64,000 bases of DNA from a phage, in sequence record PZ445554.1. One strand, written 5' to 3'. This document shows positions 1 through 8,596 of the stretch, one piece after another. The notes beneath the pieces were generated by a model, which was not told the DNA's origin, made no database searches, and was given only the letters and a program-made list of their open reading frames with translations. Position 1 is the stretch's first letter. Every line of letters starts with the position of its first letter. A program made the position numbers and the translations under genes.

Positions 1-375
1 TCCATTTTCATCTAAAAGTTTTAACATGAAGTCTTTATCTTCTTCCATATCAGAAGTAATTTCGCGAGCTTTACGAGTTGCTCGTTTTTTCAGCAGTTCC
101 GGAGCGTTTTCCTGTGCGTATAAAGTTGCTGCATTTGAAATAATATCCTGAGCTTCACCTGTAATGATTAATCCATCACCAGATTTCTCCACCAGGCCTT
201 TTTTAATCAATACCCCAATATTACTATTAACTACTGCGTTACCTAAATCTGGATGCACCTCACGAACTTCTGCAGCTGTAATGAAATCTTTCTTAGCAAT
301 GGTAATTAAAATCGCAGCAGTTTTTTCATTCAGAACATCGTTAGAAGCTTTGATGATGTAAGTTACTTTAGACAT
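1..375 (-). CDS. motA: MotA middle-promoter transcription activator, N-terminal part (gene continues past window start)
   Basis: Reverse complement of 361-375 is ATGTCTAAAGTAACT (MSKVT), continuing YIIKASNDVLNEKTAAILIT; matches recalled T4 MotA N-terminus; GGAG Shine-Dalgarno upstream. Confidence 0.85.
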   Translation of the reverse strand, partial: MSKVTYIIKASNDVLNEKTAAILITIAKKDFITAAEVREVHPDLGNAVVNSNIGVLIKKGLVEKSGDGLIITGEAQDIISNAATLYAQENAPELLKKRATRKAREITSDMEEDKDFMLKLLDENG

Positions 376-414
376 TTTCTAATCTCCGTAATTCTGTATC
401 AGTAGTTGATAGTT

Positions 415-446
415 GTATAGTACCACAGTATGCTTTGGTTGTAAAC
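415..446 (-). promoter_or_regulatory. T4-type early promoter upstream of motA (-35 GTTTAC, extended -10 TGGTACTAT, conserved leader)
   Basis: Minus-strand reading GTTTACAACCAAAGCATACTGTGGTACTATACAACTATCAACTACTGATACAG; same cassette recurs elsewhere in window. Confidence 0.55.
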
Positions 447-474
447 CGTTTTGTGAAAAAATTTTTAAAATAAA

Positions 475-494
475 AAGGGAGAGCCGAGGCTCTC
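475..494 (-). terminator. Stem-loop GGGAGAGCC-loop-GGCTCTCCC, likely terminator or RNA-stabilising hairpin after gene 52 operon
   Basis: Perfect 8 bp GC-rich inverted repeat with 4 nt loop followed by A/T run. Confidence 0.5.
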
Positions 495-501
495 CCTAAA
501 A

Positions 502-651
502 TTACTGCATGACTGTGATAACTGTCATGATAACACGTTGAATTCCGAACGCAAGAAGACCTCCTGCTACGGCTGGAACAACGCCTAAACCCGTCAGTAA
601 AATGCTACCAGATACTAATGCAGCGCTTGTAATACCAATGAATGGACTCAT
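502..651 (-). CDS. Small hydrophobic protein (49 aa), not in ORF track (<60 aa)
   Basis: ATG overlaps gene 52 stop (ATGA); translation MSPFIGITSAALVSGSILLTGLGVVPAVAGG... ends TAA at 502. Confidence 0.4.
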   Translation of the reverse strand: MSPFIGITSAALVSGSILLTGLGVVPAVAGGLLAFGIQRVIMTVITVMQ

Positions 652-1976
652 TTGATTTCCTCTAAATCTTTGGTGTATTCGGTAACTACATCAGTAGTTT
701 TCCAATATTCGTTTTCTTCTTTTTTAGCTTTAGCTTCTTCAGCAAGTTTCTTTGCTTCGTCGGAAGTCATATGAAAAATATTCATTCCAACTAGTTTATC
801 AACATAAGAAGAATACATATCAATTTTAGAAAGTTCTTCGGTCAGTTCTTTACGAGTTTTACCCTGTACAACAATTTCACCTGAAATTACTTTCTTAATG
901 AAATGTGCCTTGGCAAAAGCTAAACGAAAAGCTGACTCAGTTTCTTTAATTTTGTTATCAATTCGTTTTTGGACATAAGTTTTACGAACTTCAACGAAGT
1001 CTTTAATTAAATCAACCACGTTATCGTAAACTTGTAGTTTTCCTTTCTCATTAATAACCGTAATATTCTGAGAACGACGCTCAATCAACCCGAAGTCTTT
1101 CATAATTTTTGCATGGCGTTCTTCTTCGTTATCGCTCAAAGAGTATTCTTTGCGGAATTTAACTTTGAAGCCAAAGCCATGCTCACCACAAGCATCATCC
1201 CATGTAATGAAGCCTTTATCTTCAAGCGGGTCTAAGATTTTACTCACATAAGTTTCACGATCATACTTATATGGAATCTCAGTGATATGCATTTGAGTTC
1301 GTGAAGTAAACTTGTATGTTCCACGAATTTCATATTGCCCATCAATTTCAACGACTTCACCACGAAATTCTGGGAATTCTACCTTCGGTTTAGTTACTTT
1401 CTTTCCTTGAAGAGCTTGCAGTACAGCTTTCTTGACAGAAGAAACACTATGAGGAAGAATGTAAGTTGCATAACCAGTTGCAATACCGGAAACACCATTA
1501 AGAAGAACGGTAGGAATAATAGGCAAATAGAAAGCAGGCGGAATGTGTTCTTTATCTTGATGTACTGGAGCATATTCAGTATCTTTATATACGTTATAGA
1601 AATTTTTACTTACACGAGCAAAAATATAACGACTTGCCGCTGCCTTTTGGACAGTACGAGAACCGAAGTTTCCTTGACCATCTAACAGAGGAAAGTTATT
1701 ATTCCAAGTGTTAGCCATCAAAGCGCCTGCGTCTTGTGCAGAGTTTTCGCCATGGTGATATCCGAGGTCCGCTACACCACCTGCAATAGAAGCGAGTTTG
1801 TGAAACTTATCTTTATTTCCTCGTGCCAAATCAAGAGCTCGAGCAATAACAAATCGTTGAACTGGCTTAAATCCATCAATCATATTTGGGATAGCACGAT
1901 TTTCAACCGTGTACATAGCATAAGCCAATGCTTCATTATCAATGATACTTTTTAAATCGCGATTATTCAGTTGCAT
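648..1976 (-). CDS. 52: DNA topoisomerase II medium subunit gp52
   Basis: ORF track 442 aa; ATG at 1974-1976 (rev); length and N-terminus MQLNNRDLKSIIDNEALAYAMY match recalled T4 gp52. Confidence 0.9.
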   Translation of the reverse strand: MQLNNRDLKSIIDNEALAYAMYTVENRAIPNMIDGFKPVQRFVIARALDLARGNKDKFHKLASIAGGVADLGYHHGENSAQDAGALMANTWNNNFPLLDGQGNFGSRTVQKAAASRYIFARVSKNFYNVYKDTEYAPVHQDKEHIPPAFYLPIIPTVLLNGVSGIATGYATYILPHSVSSVKKAVLQALQGKKVTKPKVEFPEFRGEVVEIDGQYEIRGTYKFTSRTQMHITEIPYKYDRETYVSKILDPLEDKGFITWDDACGEHGFGFKVKFRKEYSLSDNEEERHAKIMKDFGLIERRSQNITVINEKGKLQVYDNVVDLIKDFVEVRKTYVQKRIDNKIKETESAFRLAFAKAHFIKKVISGEIVVQGKTRKELTEELSKIDMYSSYVDKLVGMNIFHMTSDEAKKLAEEAKAKKEENEYWKTTDVVTEYTKDLEEIK

Positions 1977-1980
1977 AAAT

Positions 1981-2121
1981 TTACCATACTAGTGAATGTA
2001 GTGCCATAATAACATCAGAAATGAAAAGCACGACTTGAATTAATCCGAACATTACTCCATAATATAGTGCTATTAATAAAATAGCAAGGGCTAATGAATA
2101 GCCCAAGATTTTCTTAATCAT
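1981..2121 (-). CDS. Small membrane protein (46 aa), syntenic with T4 52.1
   Basis: ATG overlaps ac stop; translation MIKKILGYSLALAILLIALYYGVMFGLIQVVLFISDVIMALHSLVW; stop 5 nt before gene 52 ATG. Confidence 0.4.
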   Translation of the reverse strand: MIKKILGYSLALAILLIALYYGVMFGLIQVVLFISDVIMALHSLVW

Positions 2122-2269
2122 TAGATAACAGCACAAATGTTAAATATGCACACATACCCTGGGCTAAAGCCTGCGAAAACACACTACTGGCATCGATACA
2201 GATAGTTAAAACACATGCTACTATCCAACAAATAAATGAAATAACTCCTAATAATTTTGCGATATTCAT
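2114..2269 (-). CDS. ac: Acriflavine-sensitivity membrane protein Ac (51 aa)
   Basis: AGGAG Shine-Dalgarno then ATG; 51 codons MNIAKLLGVISFICWIVACVLTICIDASSVFSQALAQGMCAYLTFVLLSND; size and position match T4 ac. Confidence 0.6.
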   Translation of the reverse strand: MNIAKLLGVISFICWIVACVLTICIDASSVFSQALAQGMCAYLTFVLLSND

Positions 2270-2279
2270 AGTATTCTCC

Positions 2280-2366
2280 TCAACTATTTTTAAAACCTAA
2301 AATACCAAAGTTTTTAAGATTGTCACGATAGAACTGCATCACATGTTCGTTATGGAAATTACTCAT
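2280..2366 (-). CDS. stp: Stp-like peptide (28 aa)
   Basis: Translation [28 protein letters not shown]; N-terminal 14 aa match recalled T4 Stp; ATG overlaps ndd stop (TAATG). Confidence 0.6.
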   Translation of the reverse strand: MSNFHNEHVMQFYRDNLKNFGILGFKNS

Positions 2367-2824
2367 TAATATGCCTGCAAAACAAATTTAAAGTTATCAG
2401 CCAACATACGGTTCATTTCTTCAAGTGTTTGATACTCAGAATGATGATTACGAGTAAACGCCAAAGCTAACTGACCTTTACCAAATCCTGTCGTCAGAGG
2501 TTTCATCTTAGAAGCAGGCAGATAAAATACTGTGTATGGAACATTGTTATTTGCAATAGTACGCGCAAGCTGAGACCGACGCTGACGAATATGACTTAGA
2601 ACCGCACTGAATCCTTGCTTAGAACGCTGATTACCTACATAAAATCGTGCAGACACGCACGGATTACTAAATGGACGACCATCTAATTTACTCACTAAAA
2701 AGTAAAATCCAGGTTTAGATAAAATATCTTTATGCGGAGTTCCCAAAAACCACTCACCGCCCTTGATTGTACCAATAACAGTAGCGCCTGCATTATTCAG
2801 ATCAGTAACAGTCATATATTTCAT
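2366..2824 (-). CDS. ndd: Nucleoid disruption protein Ndd
   Basis: ORF track 168 aa ORF; true start at internal ATG ([16 protein letters not shown]) preceded by GAGGAAA Shine-Dalgarno, giving 152 aa as in T4 Ndd. Confidence 0.8.
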   Translation of the reverse strand: MKYMTVTDLNNAGATVIGTIKGGEWFLGTPHKDILSKPGFYFLVSKLDGRPFSNPCVSARFYVGNQRSKQGFSAVLSHIRQRRSQLARTIANNNVPYTVFYLPASKMKPLTTGFGKGQLALAFTRNHHSEYQTLEEMNRMLADNFKFVLQAY

Positions 2825-2884
2825 ATTAATTTCCTCTAAATTATTTTCTACTCCAAGGCCGCATGGATACACACGGCCATTAAA

Positions 2885-3100
2885 TTAATCGTCGCAGTCG
2901 ACGCTCAATTCCCAGAATTCTTCTACGGTATAAGTTTCAGTATCATTTTCAATACAGAAACGTTCATTACTATTGTTTGCTAAAGTAGCATTAACTGTCA
3001 TTTTTTCGCTAGTGCTCTTAAGAGGTGAAATACGAATTAACTGATCACCGTTATCTAAACAAAAAATTTCACCAACTTTTACATCTTTAAAACTTTTCAT
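2885..3100 (-). CDS. Hypothetical protein (71 aa), ndd-denB interval
   Basis: ORF track; ATG at 3098-3100 (rev); GAGGTGA Shine-Dalgarno. Confidence 0.55.
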   Translation of the reverse strand: MKSFKDVKVGEIFCLDNGDQLIRISPLKSTSEKMTVNATLANNSNERFCIENDTETYTVEEFWELSVDCDD

Positions 3101-3108
3101 AATTCACC

Positions 3109-3219
3109 TCAAGGAGTATAAAATCCAAACGCAGTTGTTGACCATCCCATCCAATATGGAAAATTTGCACCAATGTAAAACATAAGAATATAAAACCAAC
3201 CGCTCAGCAAATTCATCAT
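3109..3219 (-). CDS. Small hydrophobic peptide (36 aa)
   Basis: ATG overlaps upstream stop (ATGA); MMNLLSGWFYILMFYIGANFPYWMGWSTTAFGFYTP. Confidence 0.3.
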   Translation of the reverse strand: MMNLLSGWFYILMFYIGANFPYWMGWSTTAFGFYTP

Positions 3220-3413
3220 TTTACACCATTCCAAATTGTTTCAACCACGGATTTTAAACCATTTTGATGAATATCAATTCCGACTACTGTCATCAAATAG
3301 ATTCCAACTACAACTGAACCTAAGGCAAAAATCAGCATGAAAATGAATAAAGCCGGAAAAATATTATCGAAAAACCATTCAATAAATGTAAAAGCACTGC
3401 GTTTACGCTTCAT
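3216..3413 (-). CDS. Small membrane protein (65 aa)
   Basis: ORF track 3216..3434; start trimmed to ATG at 3413 preceded by GAGGAAA; hydrophobic core. Confidence 0.5.
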   Translation of the reverse strand: MKRKRSAFTFIEWFFDNIFPALFIFMLIFALGSVVVGIYLMTVVGIDIHQNGLKSVVETIWNGVK

Positions 3414-3420
3414 ATTTTCC

Positions 3421-3533
3421 TCACATAAATCCAAAGTAAACGTTTAATACATCAATCATTAAAACGATTGGGAATATACTCAAAACTACTAGTATTATAA
3501 CTACATTCCATATAGCTTTAATAATCTTTTTCA
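3421..3533 (-). CDS. Small membrane protein (37 aa)
   Basis: ORF track 3421..3630 N-terminus is a translated promoter leader; real ATG at 3533 after GGAGG; MKKIIKAIWNVVIILVVLSIFPIVLMIDVLNVYFGFM. Confidence 0.4.
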
Positions 3534-3560
3534 TTTTCTGTTCCTCCGTAGTTGATAGGG

Positions 3561-3592
3561 TAATAGTACCACGGAAGAACAGTCTTGTAAAC
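3561..3592 (-). promoter_or_regulatory. T4-type early promoter
   Basis: Minus-strand GTTTACAAGACTGTTCTTCCGTGGTACTATTACC...GGAGGAACAG leader. Confidence 0.5.
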
Positions 3593-3598
3593 AACTTT

Positions 3599-3697
3599 TT
3601 AAAAATATTCGTAATAAATGTGAATACCAACTACTACCGCTGAAACCTGTGCAACCCACCACGCACAAGCAATAAGTACAGAATTCAAAATTTTCAT
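3599..3697 (-). CDS. Small hydrophobic peptide (32 aa)
   Basis: ATG with GAGG Shine-Dalgarno; MKILNSVLIACAWWVAQVSAVVVGIHIYYEYF. Confidence 0.3.
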   Translation of the reverse strand: MKILNSVLIACAWWVAQVSAVVVGIHIYYEYF

Positions 3698-3780
3698 AAT
3701 AACCTCATCACAAAAGTAAATGTTAAACAAATTAATGGAATACTAATTAACCAAACAAAACACCACCATAATGAACTCAT
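3694..3780 (-). CDS. Small hydrophobic peptide (28 aa)
   Basis: ATGA overlap with upstream ORF; MSSLWWCFVWLISIPLICLTFTFVMRLL. Confidence 0.3.
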   Translation of the reverse strand: MSSLWWCFVWLISIPLICLTFTFVMRLL

Positions 3781-4040
3781 AGTTCAATCTCAGCGATTTT
3801 CATTTCATTATTGTTAATAGCATTTTTAAGACTATCCGAAAGAATTACATTCCAGTGGTCATTCATATGACCATTAACTAAGCGTGTAATTTCTTCGGGA
3901 GTTGAAAAATAAGGCGTATCAGACTCCCAATGCGATAATCCTAAGCGAGTATAAATCATGCCTTCATCATCGCTAGAATATTCAACTGACACAAACTCAT
4001 CAGTTATTTTATGTTTAGCGTAATAAAATTTAAATTTCAT
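3777..4040 (-). CDS. Hypothetical protein (87 aa)
   Basis: ORF track 3777..4139; N-terminal 33 codons are the translated promoter leader; real ATG at 4040 after GGAGAG. Confidence 0.55.
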   Translation of the reverse strand: MKFKFYYAKHKITDEFVSVEYSSDDEGMIYTRLGLSHWESDTPYFSTPEEITRLVNGHMNDHWNVILSDSLKNAINNNEMKIAEIEL

Positions 4041-4073
4041 TTTACTCTCCAAATCCGTATCAGTTGATAGTTG

Positions 4074-4104
4074 TATAGTACCACGGTCCTTGTGGTATGT
4101 AAAC
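4074..4104 (-). promoter_or_regulatory. T4-type early promoter with conserved leader
   Basis: Minus-strand GTTTACATACCACAAGGACCGTGGTACTATACAACTATCAACTGATACGGATTTGGAGAG. Confidence 0.55.
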
Positions 4105-4120
4105 CATTTTGTGAAATTTT

Positions 4121-4678
4121 TTAAATGGAAAGATACCATCCGCTGTAGTTGCTTTTTCTTACAACCTTACGAAGGTCTTCTCTATCACCGATGAACTTCG
4201 GAGTGTATTGGATGACACCTGGATGAATTTCTTTAGTGTTGAATATAATTATACAGTCAGCGACTTGATGATTTAGAATGGGCCCTAGATTTATTCCAGA
4301 ACCATATGGATACTCTCCGCTGCATCCTGTTGTCACCGAAATCCAACGTGAGTCAGTTTGATGTGTCTTAACTTCTACACGAAGCCCGCAGTATCTTGGA
4401 TGCGCCAATACATCCCATGCATATGTGTACGGATCATCGACATCTTCTTGACCTTTGTTAACATACCCGCTCAGCCAATCTGCTACAAAAAACTCTGCGT
4501 ACACAGCGATACGGCATCTTTCGATAACTTCTGCCTTATCCTGATTTGGGTTTTGTTTTAAAGAGTATCTTGCAGTATCAACAATTTTGACCTTCATTTC
4601 ACTAGTCAAGTCACTGTTCGATAGGGTAAATGTCGGAATCTGAAATAGTCTCTGTAACCCCGGATTCGTTTTCTGCAT
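4121..4678 (-). CDS. denB: Endonuclease IV DenB
   Basis: ORF track 185 aa (same length as T4 DenB); AAGGAAAG Shine-Dalgarno; adjacent to rIIB region as in T4. Confidence 0.7.
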   Translation of the reverse strand: MQKTNPGLQRLFQIPTFTLSNSDLTSEMKVKIVDTARYSLKQNPNQDKAEVIERCRIAVYAEFFVADWLSGYVNKGQEDVDDPYTYAWDVLAHPRYCGLRVEVKTHQTDSRWISVTTGCSGEYPYGSGINLGPILNHQVADCIIIFNTKEIHPGVIQYTPKFIGDREDLRKVVRKSNYSGWYLSI

Positions 4679-4940
4679 TTAAACTTTCCTTTTTACCACT
4701 AAGATAAGCGTTATACACTTTAAGAGTACCATAGTAAATTCGATCATTTTCATCTAAAGAATTACGATCAAGTTCATCGAGATTCTTTTTGTCCATGACT
4801 ATAACATCATTGCAGTAAAGAACTCCAAGTTTTTCATGCCCAAACTCGAATTTATTGCAGTACACAATATTAGCGTAATGATTACCATGTAGAGAAATTT
4901 CTTTTATGTCGGTGTCACCGATATTCATACAATAAATCAT
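4611..4940 (-). CDS. Hypothetical protein (109 aa)
   Basis: ORF track; ATG at 4938-4940 (rev); 3-prime end overlaps denB start by 68 nt. Confidence 0.5.
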   Translation of the reverse strand: MIYCMNIGDTDIKEISLHGNHYANIVYCNKFEFGHEKLGVLYCNDVIVMDKKNLDELDRNSLDENDRIYYGTLKVYNAYLSGKKESLNAENESGVTETISDSDIYPIEQ

Positions 4941-4957
4941 AATTTACCTTAAAACAA

Positions 4958-4973
4958 AAGGGCCGAAGCCCTT
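4958..4973 (-). terminator. UUCG-tetraloop hairpin (AAGGGC-CGAA-GCCCTT on plus strand)
   Basis: Inverted repeat with CGAA loop, read as C(UUCG)G in the minus-strand transcript. Confidence 0.5.
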
Positions 4974-4976
4974 ATT

Positions 4977-5171
4977 TTATTTGAATTGTTCAATTCTTTT
5001 CTCTAAACAGTCAGCATAAGATTTCATTGAGATAAACTGCGAAAGTAACAGTTCTTGCTCAACTGCACTAACTGTTAGAAACTTTGCGCTTTCTAAAAAT
5101 TTGCTCAGTGCATTAATTTTGAGCATTAATTGATCGTATTCTTCTTTTACTCGTGCTTGATAACCTAACAT
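4977..5171 (-). CDS. Hypothetical protein (64 aa)
   Basis: ORF track; ATG at 5169-5171 (rev). Confidence 0.5.
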   Translation of the reverse strand: MLGYQARVKEEYDQLMLKINALSKFLESAKFLTVSAVEQELLLSQFISMKSYADCLEKRIEQFK

Positions 5172-5185
5172 AATTTTCCTTAGTT

Positions 5186-5201
5186 AAGGGCCGAAGCCCT
5201 T
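5186..5201 (-). terminator. UUCG-tetraloop hairpin at 3-prime end of rIIB
   Basis: AAGGGCCGAAGCCCTT inverted repeat. Confidence 0.5.
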
Positions 5202-6138
5202 ATTTAAATTGTTCAGTAACGTCTTCAACTACTTCGTATTGACAGGTACGCATTTTAGCATCGTTGTAATCAATCGGAATTGATACTACATCACGCGGAT
5301 GTACTTTAACTTTTACAACTCGGCTGGTTGAACTGCCAAAGTGACGAATATAAGATTTAGAACACACATGCAGACCACGAGAACAAGTTTGTGTATCATC
5401 GTCATTCACACGAGTACGTGGCATTTTAACTACTTTACCCGGACTGTTATCAAAGGTGTTTGAGTGACAGTCAAAGTAATTGCTGCGAACTACTTTCCAA
5501 GCATAGAAGTAGCCATCTTCTGTAATTTCAATATCGTTTGCTACCAAGAAATCAAAGAGTCGAGATACTGCTTTTTGGCTTGGGTTTTCCAGCAGATTTT
5601 CCAAGAACGGAAAATAAAATTCAAAGTTTTCGCCTTTTTCCATCGAGTCAAGAATACGATCAACCAAACCAGACCGCAATTCAATATTTTGATAGAACAA
5701 GCTTCCACCTTCAATTCGAACATCGCCGGAAATATATTTTTCAACAGCGCGACGAACATTAATTTTTTGTGCCGCTTCTTCCAACTTATCCGCTACAAGC
5801 AGATTAAGAATTTCCTGGAAGTTTGAATGAGTATTAGGAGTTGCGTTATAAGTTACACCGTCAACAGTAATTGAAATGAATTTTTTAGATGCATTCCAAA
5901 TAATGTCAGATTTAGCAACTGGAGCAATAACTGCATCGCTATTAACTTTAACTGTAATATCACCGCTAATAGTAACTTTAGGGCGTTTAGCTTCTTCAGC
6001 ATTTTTCAAAACACGACGGATTGTGTCAACCGATACATCCTTCCAATAAGCTAATTCCTGCTGAGTGTAATTACCACTTGAATACAGTTTAACAATTTCA
6101 GCTTGTTCGTTTTTGGTCAGGCATTTAATATTGTACAT
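5200..6138 (-). CDS. rIIB: rIIB protein
   Basis: ORF track 312 aa; N-terminus MYNIKCLTKNEQAEIVKLYSS and length match recalled T4 rIIB; directly downstream of rIIA. Confidence 0.9.
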   Translation of the reverse strand: MYNIKCLTKNEQAEIVKLYSSGNYTQQELAYWKDVSVDTIRRVLKNAEEAKRPKVTISGDITVKVNSDAVIAPVAKSDIIWNASKKFISITVDGVTYNATPNTHSNFQEILNLLVADKLEEAAQKINVRRAVEKYISGDVRIEGGSLFYQNIELRSGLVDRILDSMEKGENFEFYFPFLENLLENPSQKAVSRLFDFLVANDIEITEDGYFYAWKVVRSNYFDCHSNTFDNSPGKVVKMPRTRVNDDDTQTCSRGLHVCSKSYIRHFGSSTSRVVKVKVHPRDVVSIPIDYNDAKMRTCQYEVVEDVTEQFK

Positions 6139-6149
6139 AATTTTCCTTA

Positions 6150-8327
6150 TTAGGCCGCAAGGGCCTTCATAGTTTTAGCGATTTGAGAAACTTCATCATC
6201 ACTTAAAGAGTTGCGATATCCGATGAAGTCGGAAACAATACGGAATTTCTTGGTAAACTCAGCAACCATTTTATCACTGTTTTTTGAAGCATTATTTGAT
6301 AATACATCAAAAAGATTAGTTACTGTCCAGATGTCATGACCGATGGTATCTTTTCCACCATTAAAATATACACCGCGCAATGAACTAACTATATTAGCGA
6401 GTCGTGTATATTCTTCAGAAACTTCATCTGTACTGAAGTACTTCATCATAAAATCTAGTTCAGGATACTTGATAATTTTATCAATATATCGTTGAGCTGA
6501 ACTTGAATAACCTACGTACTTATCATAATCTACATCATCAAAAGCATCTACATATAAATCACGCAGAGTTTCAAAAATACATTGGCACTGACCGAGTTCT
6601 TTTACCTTTTTCTGCAAAAGCGGACGAATAACATAAAACTCATTAATGCCAATAAGATTAGCCATACGAATCAAAATATTCATAGATGGATGACAAAGAG
6701 ATGTAGTACCATCCATAGAGAAAATATCAGAACGATGCATATACGCTACATAACCAGTAATTTCATCTGCTTCTGATGTGAGCGTAAATAGTTCCTCTTT
6801 TTCCCAGCGCCCGTCTTTAATTTCAAACTTAAATGCTGTAGCAGCTTTAGGACGAGGAGCTTTACTTTTAACTACCTTTGGAATATAACTTTTTACTAAA
6901 GCTTCAATTTCTGACAAATAATGAATGTTAACTTCATCACTTTCAAACATCGCCATAATGTCAGGAAGTAAATCAATCTGCGATTCTACTTCTGGGTTAA
7001 TAAACAGAAGGCGTTCGTTATGATGAATATTCAAAGTGTTATTAAATTCACTATCATCTAATGCATGCGCTAATCCACGGACAATATTAACACGATTTTT
7101 AATATTGTCAATAACGATATTAATTTTTGTTGTATTAATACCAAACAGACGATAACTTGATGCAACGGCTGAAGTTTCATGACTTTGCTTAATGCGTTTC
7201 AGTCGAGGGTCAAGATTTACTTCATACACAACTCCTGCATTGCATAACTTACTGTCAGGTTCAAACATGCTTTGCATCTTTTTATATGACAGATTTTTAG
7301 TCGTGAATTTGACTGAATTACTAATCATATAATCTCGAGCAGAATATCCCATCTTCATCAATTCACGATATGTGTGACGAGGAGATGTAGATTCTTTAAA
7401 TCGTTTTACATCTTCATTAAATGCTTTCTCACTGAGTTCTTTAACTCGTTCAATAATATTTTTACGAGTACGATCATCTAGTGAAAGAGCTTCGCGTGAT
7501 GGAGCAATATCAAGCGAACCCATTGGAAACTTAATGTAATTCACTTCATTACGAATGCTTAGCCAGTTACGGTCTTTAATAACACCATCGATAGGATAAA
7601 CAATACCGCCATAGATAGCATATAATCCACCACGATCAGGCCAGTATCTTTCTGGATTTACGCCGTAATAATCATCAAAATCCGGAAAATAATCAATTTC
7701 GCGGTCAAGACCATTAATGATAGCCAAATCTTTGAATGGTCGCATGATATAAGAAACTTCATAAGCAAAGTTTCTAAAGTCTTTTTCTTCAACTGGAACT
7801 ACGATTTCAATACCAGTTTTATCATCTGGACCCATTTCTTTTACGAATGTAGGTTTAATCTGTGGACCATCACCATCCATGTAAGCTACATAACCACGAA
7901 TTTCACCTTTATGATACGAAGTAATACTAAATGTATCAGTATAACTAAATGGAGATTTAGAACCTAAACCAAATCCGCCAATAAAGTCATTAGATTCAGC
8001 CTTAGATGAACTGAAGTATGAATTATACAGACCAGGAGAATTATCATCACCTTGAATATCAAAATCACTCATACCCGGACCAAAATCTCGGCAAACAAAT
8101 CGCGGGTCTAATCGTCCTGGAACTTGAATGATAAATTTTTCAGGATTTCCATTGAGAGCATGGGCATCAATCATGTTAGTAATCAATTCACGGACTACTG
8201 CGCGAATCTTGTTTGTATACAAATCAGATGACAGAATTTTAAATACTTTAGGAGATGCTGTGATGCTAAATGCTTTTGATTTAGAACCATTACCAAGAAT
8301 TGTTTCTTTTTCAGTGGTGATAATCAT
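6150..8327 (-). CDS. rIIA: rIIA protein
   Basis: ORF track 725 aa; N-terminus [20 protein letters not shown] and length match recalled T4 rIIA. Confidence 0.9.
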   Translation of the reverse strand: MIITTEKETILGNGSKSKAFSITASPKVFKILSSDLYTNKIRAVVRELITNMIDAHALNGNPEKFIIQVPGRLDPRFVCRDFGPGMSDFDIQGDDNSPGLYNSYFSSSKAESNDFIGGFGLGSKSPFSYTDTFSITSYHKGEIRGYVAYMDGDGPQIKPTFVKEMGPDDKTGIEIVVPVEEKDFRNFAYEVSYIMRPFKDLAIINGLDREIDYFPDFDDYYGVNPERYWPDRGGLYAIYGGIVYPIDGVIKDRNWLSIRNEVNYIKFPMGSLDIAPSREALSLDDRTRKNIIERVKELSEKAFNEDVKRFKESTSPRHTYRELMKMGYSARDYMISNSVKFTTKNLSYKKMQSMFEPDSKLCNAGVVYEVNLDPRLKRIKQSHETSAVASSYRLFGINTTKINIVIDNIKNRVNIVRGLAHALDDSEFNNTLNIHHNERLLFINPEVESQIDLLPDIMAMFESDEVNIHYLSEIEALVKSYIPKVVKSKAPRPKAATAFKFEIKDGRWEKEELFTLTSEADEITGYVAYMHRSDIFSMDGTTSLCHPSMNILIRMANLIGINEFYVIRPLLQKKVKELGQCQCIFETLRDLYVDAFDDVDYDKYVGYSSSAQRYIDKIIKYPELDFMMKYFSTDEVSEEYTRLANIVSSLRGVYFNGGKDTIGHDIWTVTNLFDVLSNNASKNSDKMVAEFTKKFRIVSDFIGYRNSLSDDEVSQIAKTMKALAA

Positions 8328-8337
8328 AATTTCCTCA

Positions 8338-8541
8338 TTAATTCATATTACGTTTAATAACTTCGGCAACTTCTAGTAGTTCATCTTTAGTTGCGGTGTC
8401 GGATTGAATTTTATCTCTAATATCCTTAAAGCGGTTTTTAAATTCTTCGGCTTCTCCCATATCGAAAAAGCGTTGAATGATTCTATATTCTCGATGAACT
8501 GCTTTATCAAAAAGTTCTAAATTTACTTTATATGATTTCAT
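8338..8541 (-). CDS. Hypothetical protein (67 aa), syntenic with T4 rIIA.1
   Basis: ORF track; ATG at 8539-8541 (rev). Confidence 0.6.
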   Translation of the reverse strand: MKSYKVNLELFDKAVHREYRIIQRFFDMGEAEEFKNRFKDIRDKIQSDTATKDELLEVAEVIKRNMN

Positions 8542-8565
8542 TTCAATATCCTCATTTGCCCAATT

Positions 8566-8596
8566 AATTATACCACATCCTTGTGGTAAAGTAAAC
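8566..8596 (-). promoter_or_regulatory. T4-type early promoter (GTTTAC-N17-TGGTATAAT) with palindromic spacer CCACAAGGATGTGG
   Basis: Minus-strand GTTTACTTTACCACAAGGATGTGGTATAATTAATTGG; overlaps gene 39 stop. Confidence 0.55.

Noticed and set aside
1335-1955. Plus-strand ORFs 1335..1685 and 1734..1955 inside gene 52
   Set aside because: Antisense shadow ORFs fully inside a well-supported minus-strand gene; no ribosome-binding site. The same applies to nearly all other plus-strand ORFs in the track (for example 5464..5826, 9376..9621, 15607..16097, 27665..27952, 31846..32133, 37684..38067).
3421-4139. Long N-terminal extensions in ORF-track entries such as 3421..3630, 3777..4139, 56684..57664 and 61042..61275
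   Set aside because: The extensions are in-frame translations of the conserved promoter leader from TTG or GTG; real starts are the ATGs after the GGAG Shine-Dalgarno.
6152-6166. Hairpin AGGCC-GCAAG-GGCCT at the end of rIIA
   Set aside because: Lies within the last rIIA codons with only 11 nt before rIIB; may be an RNA structure but is unlikely to be a terminator.
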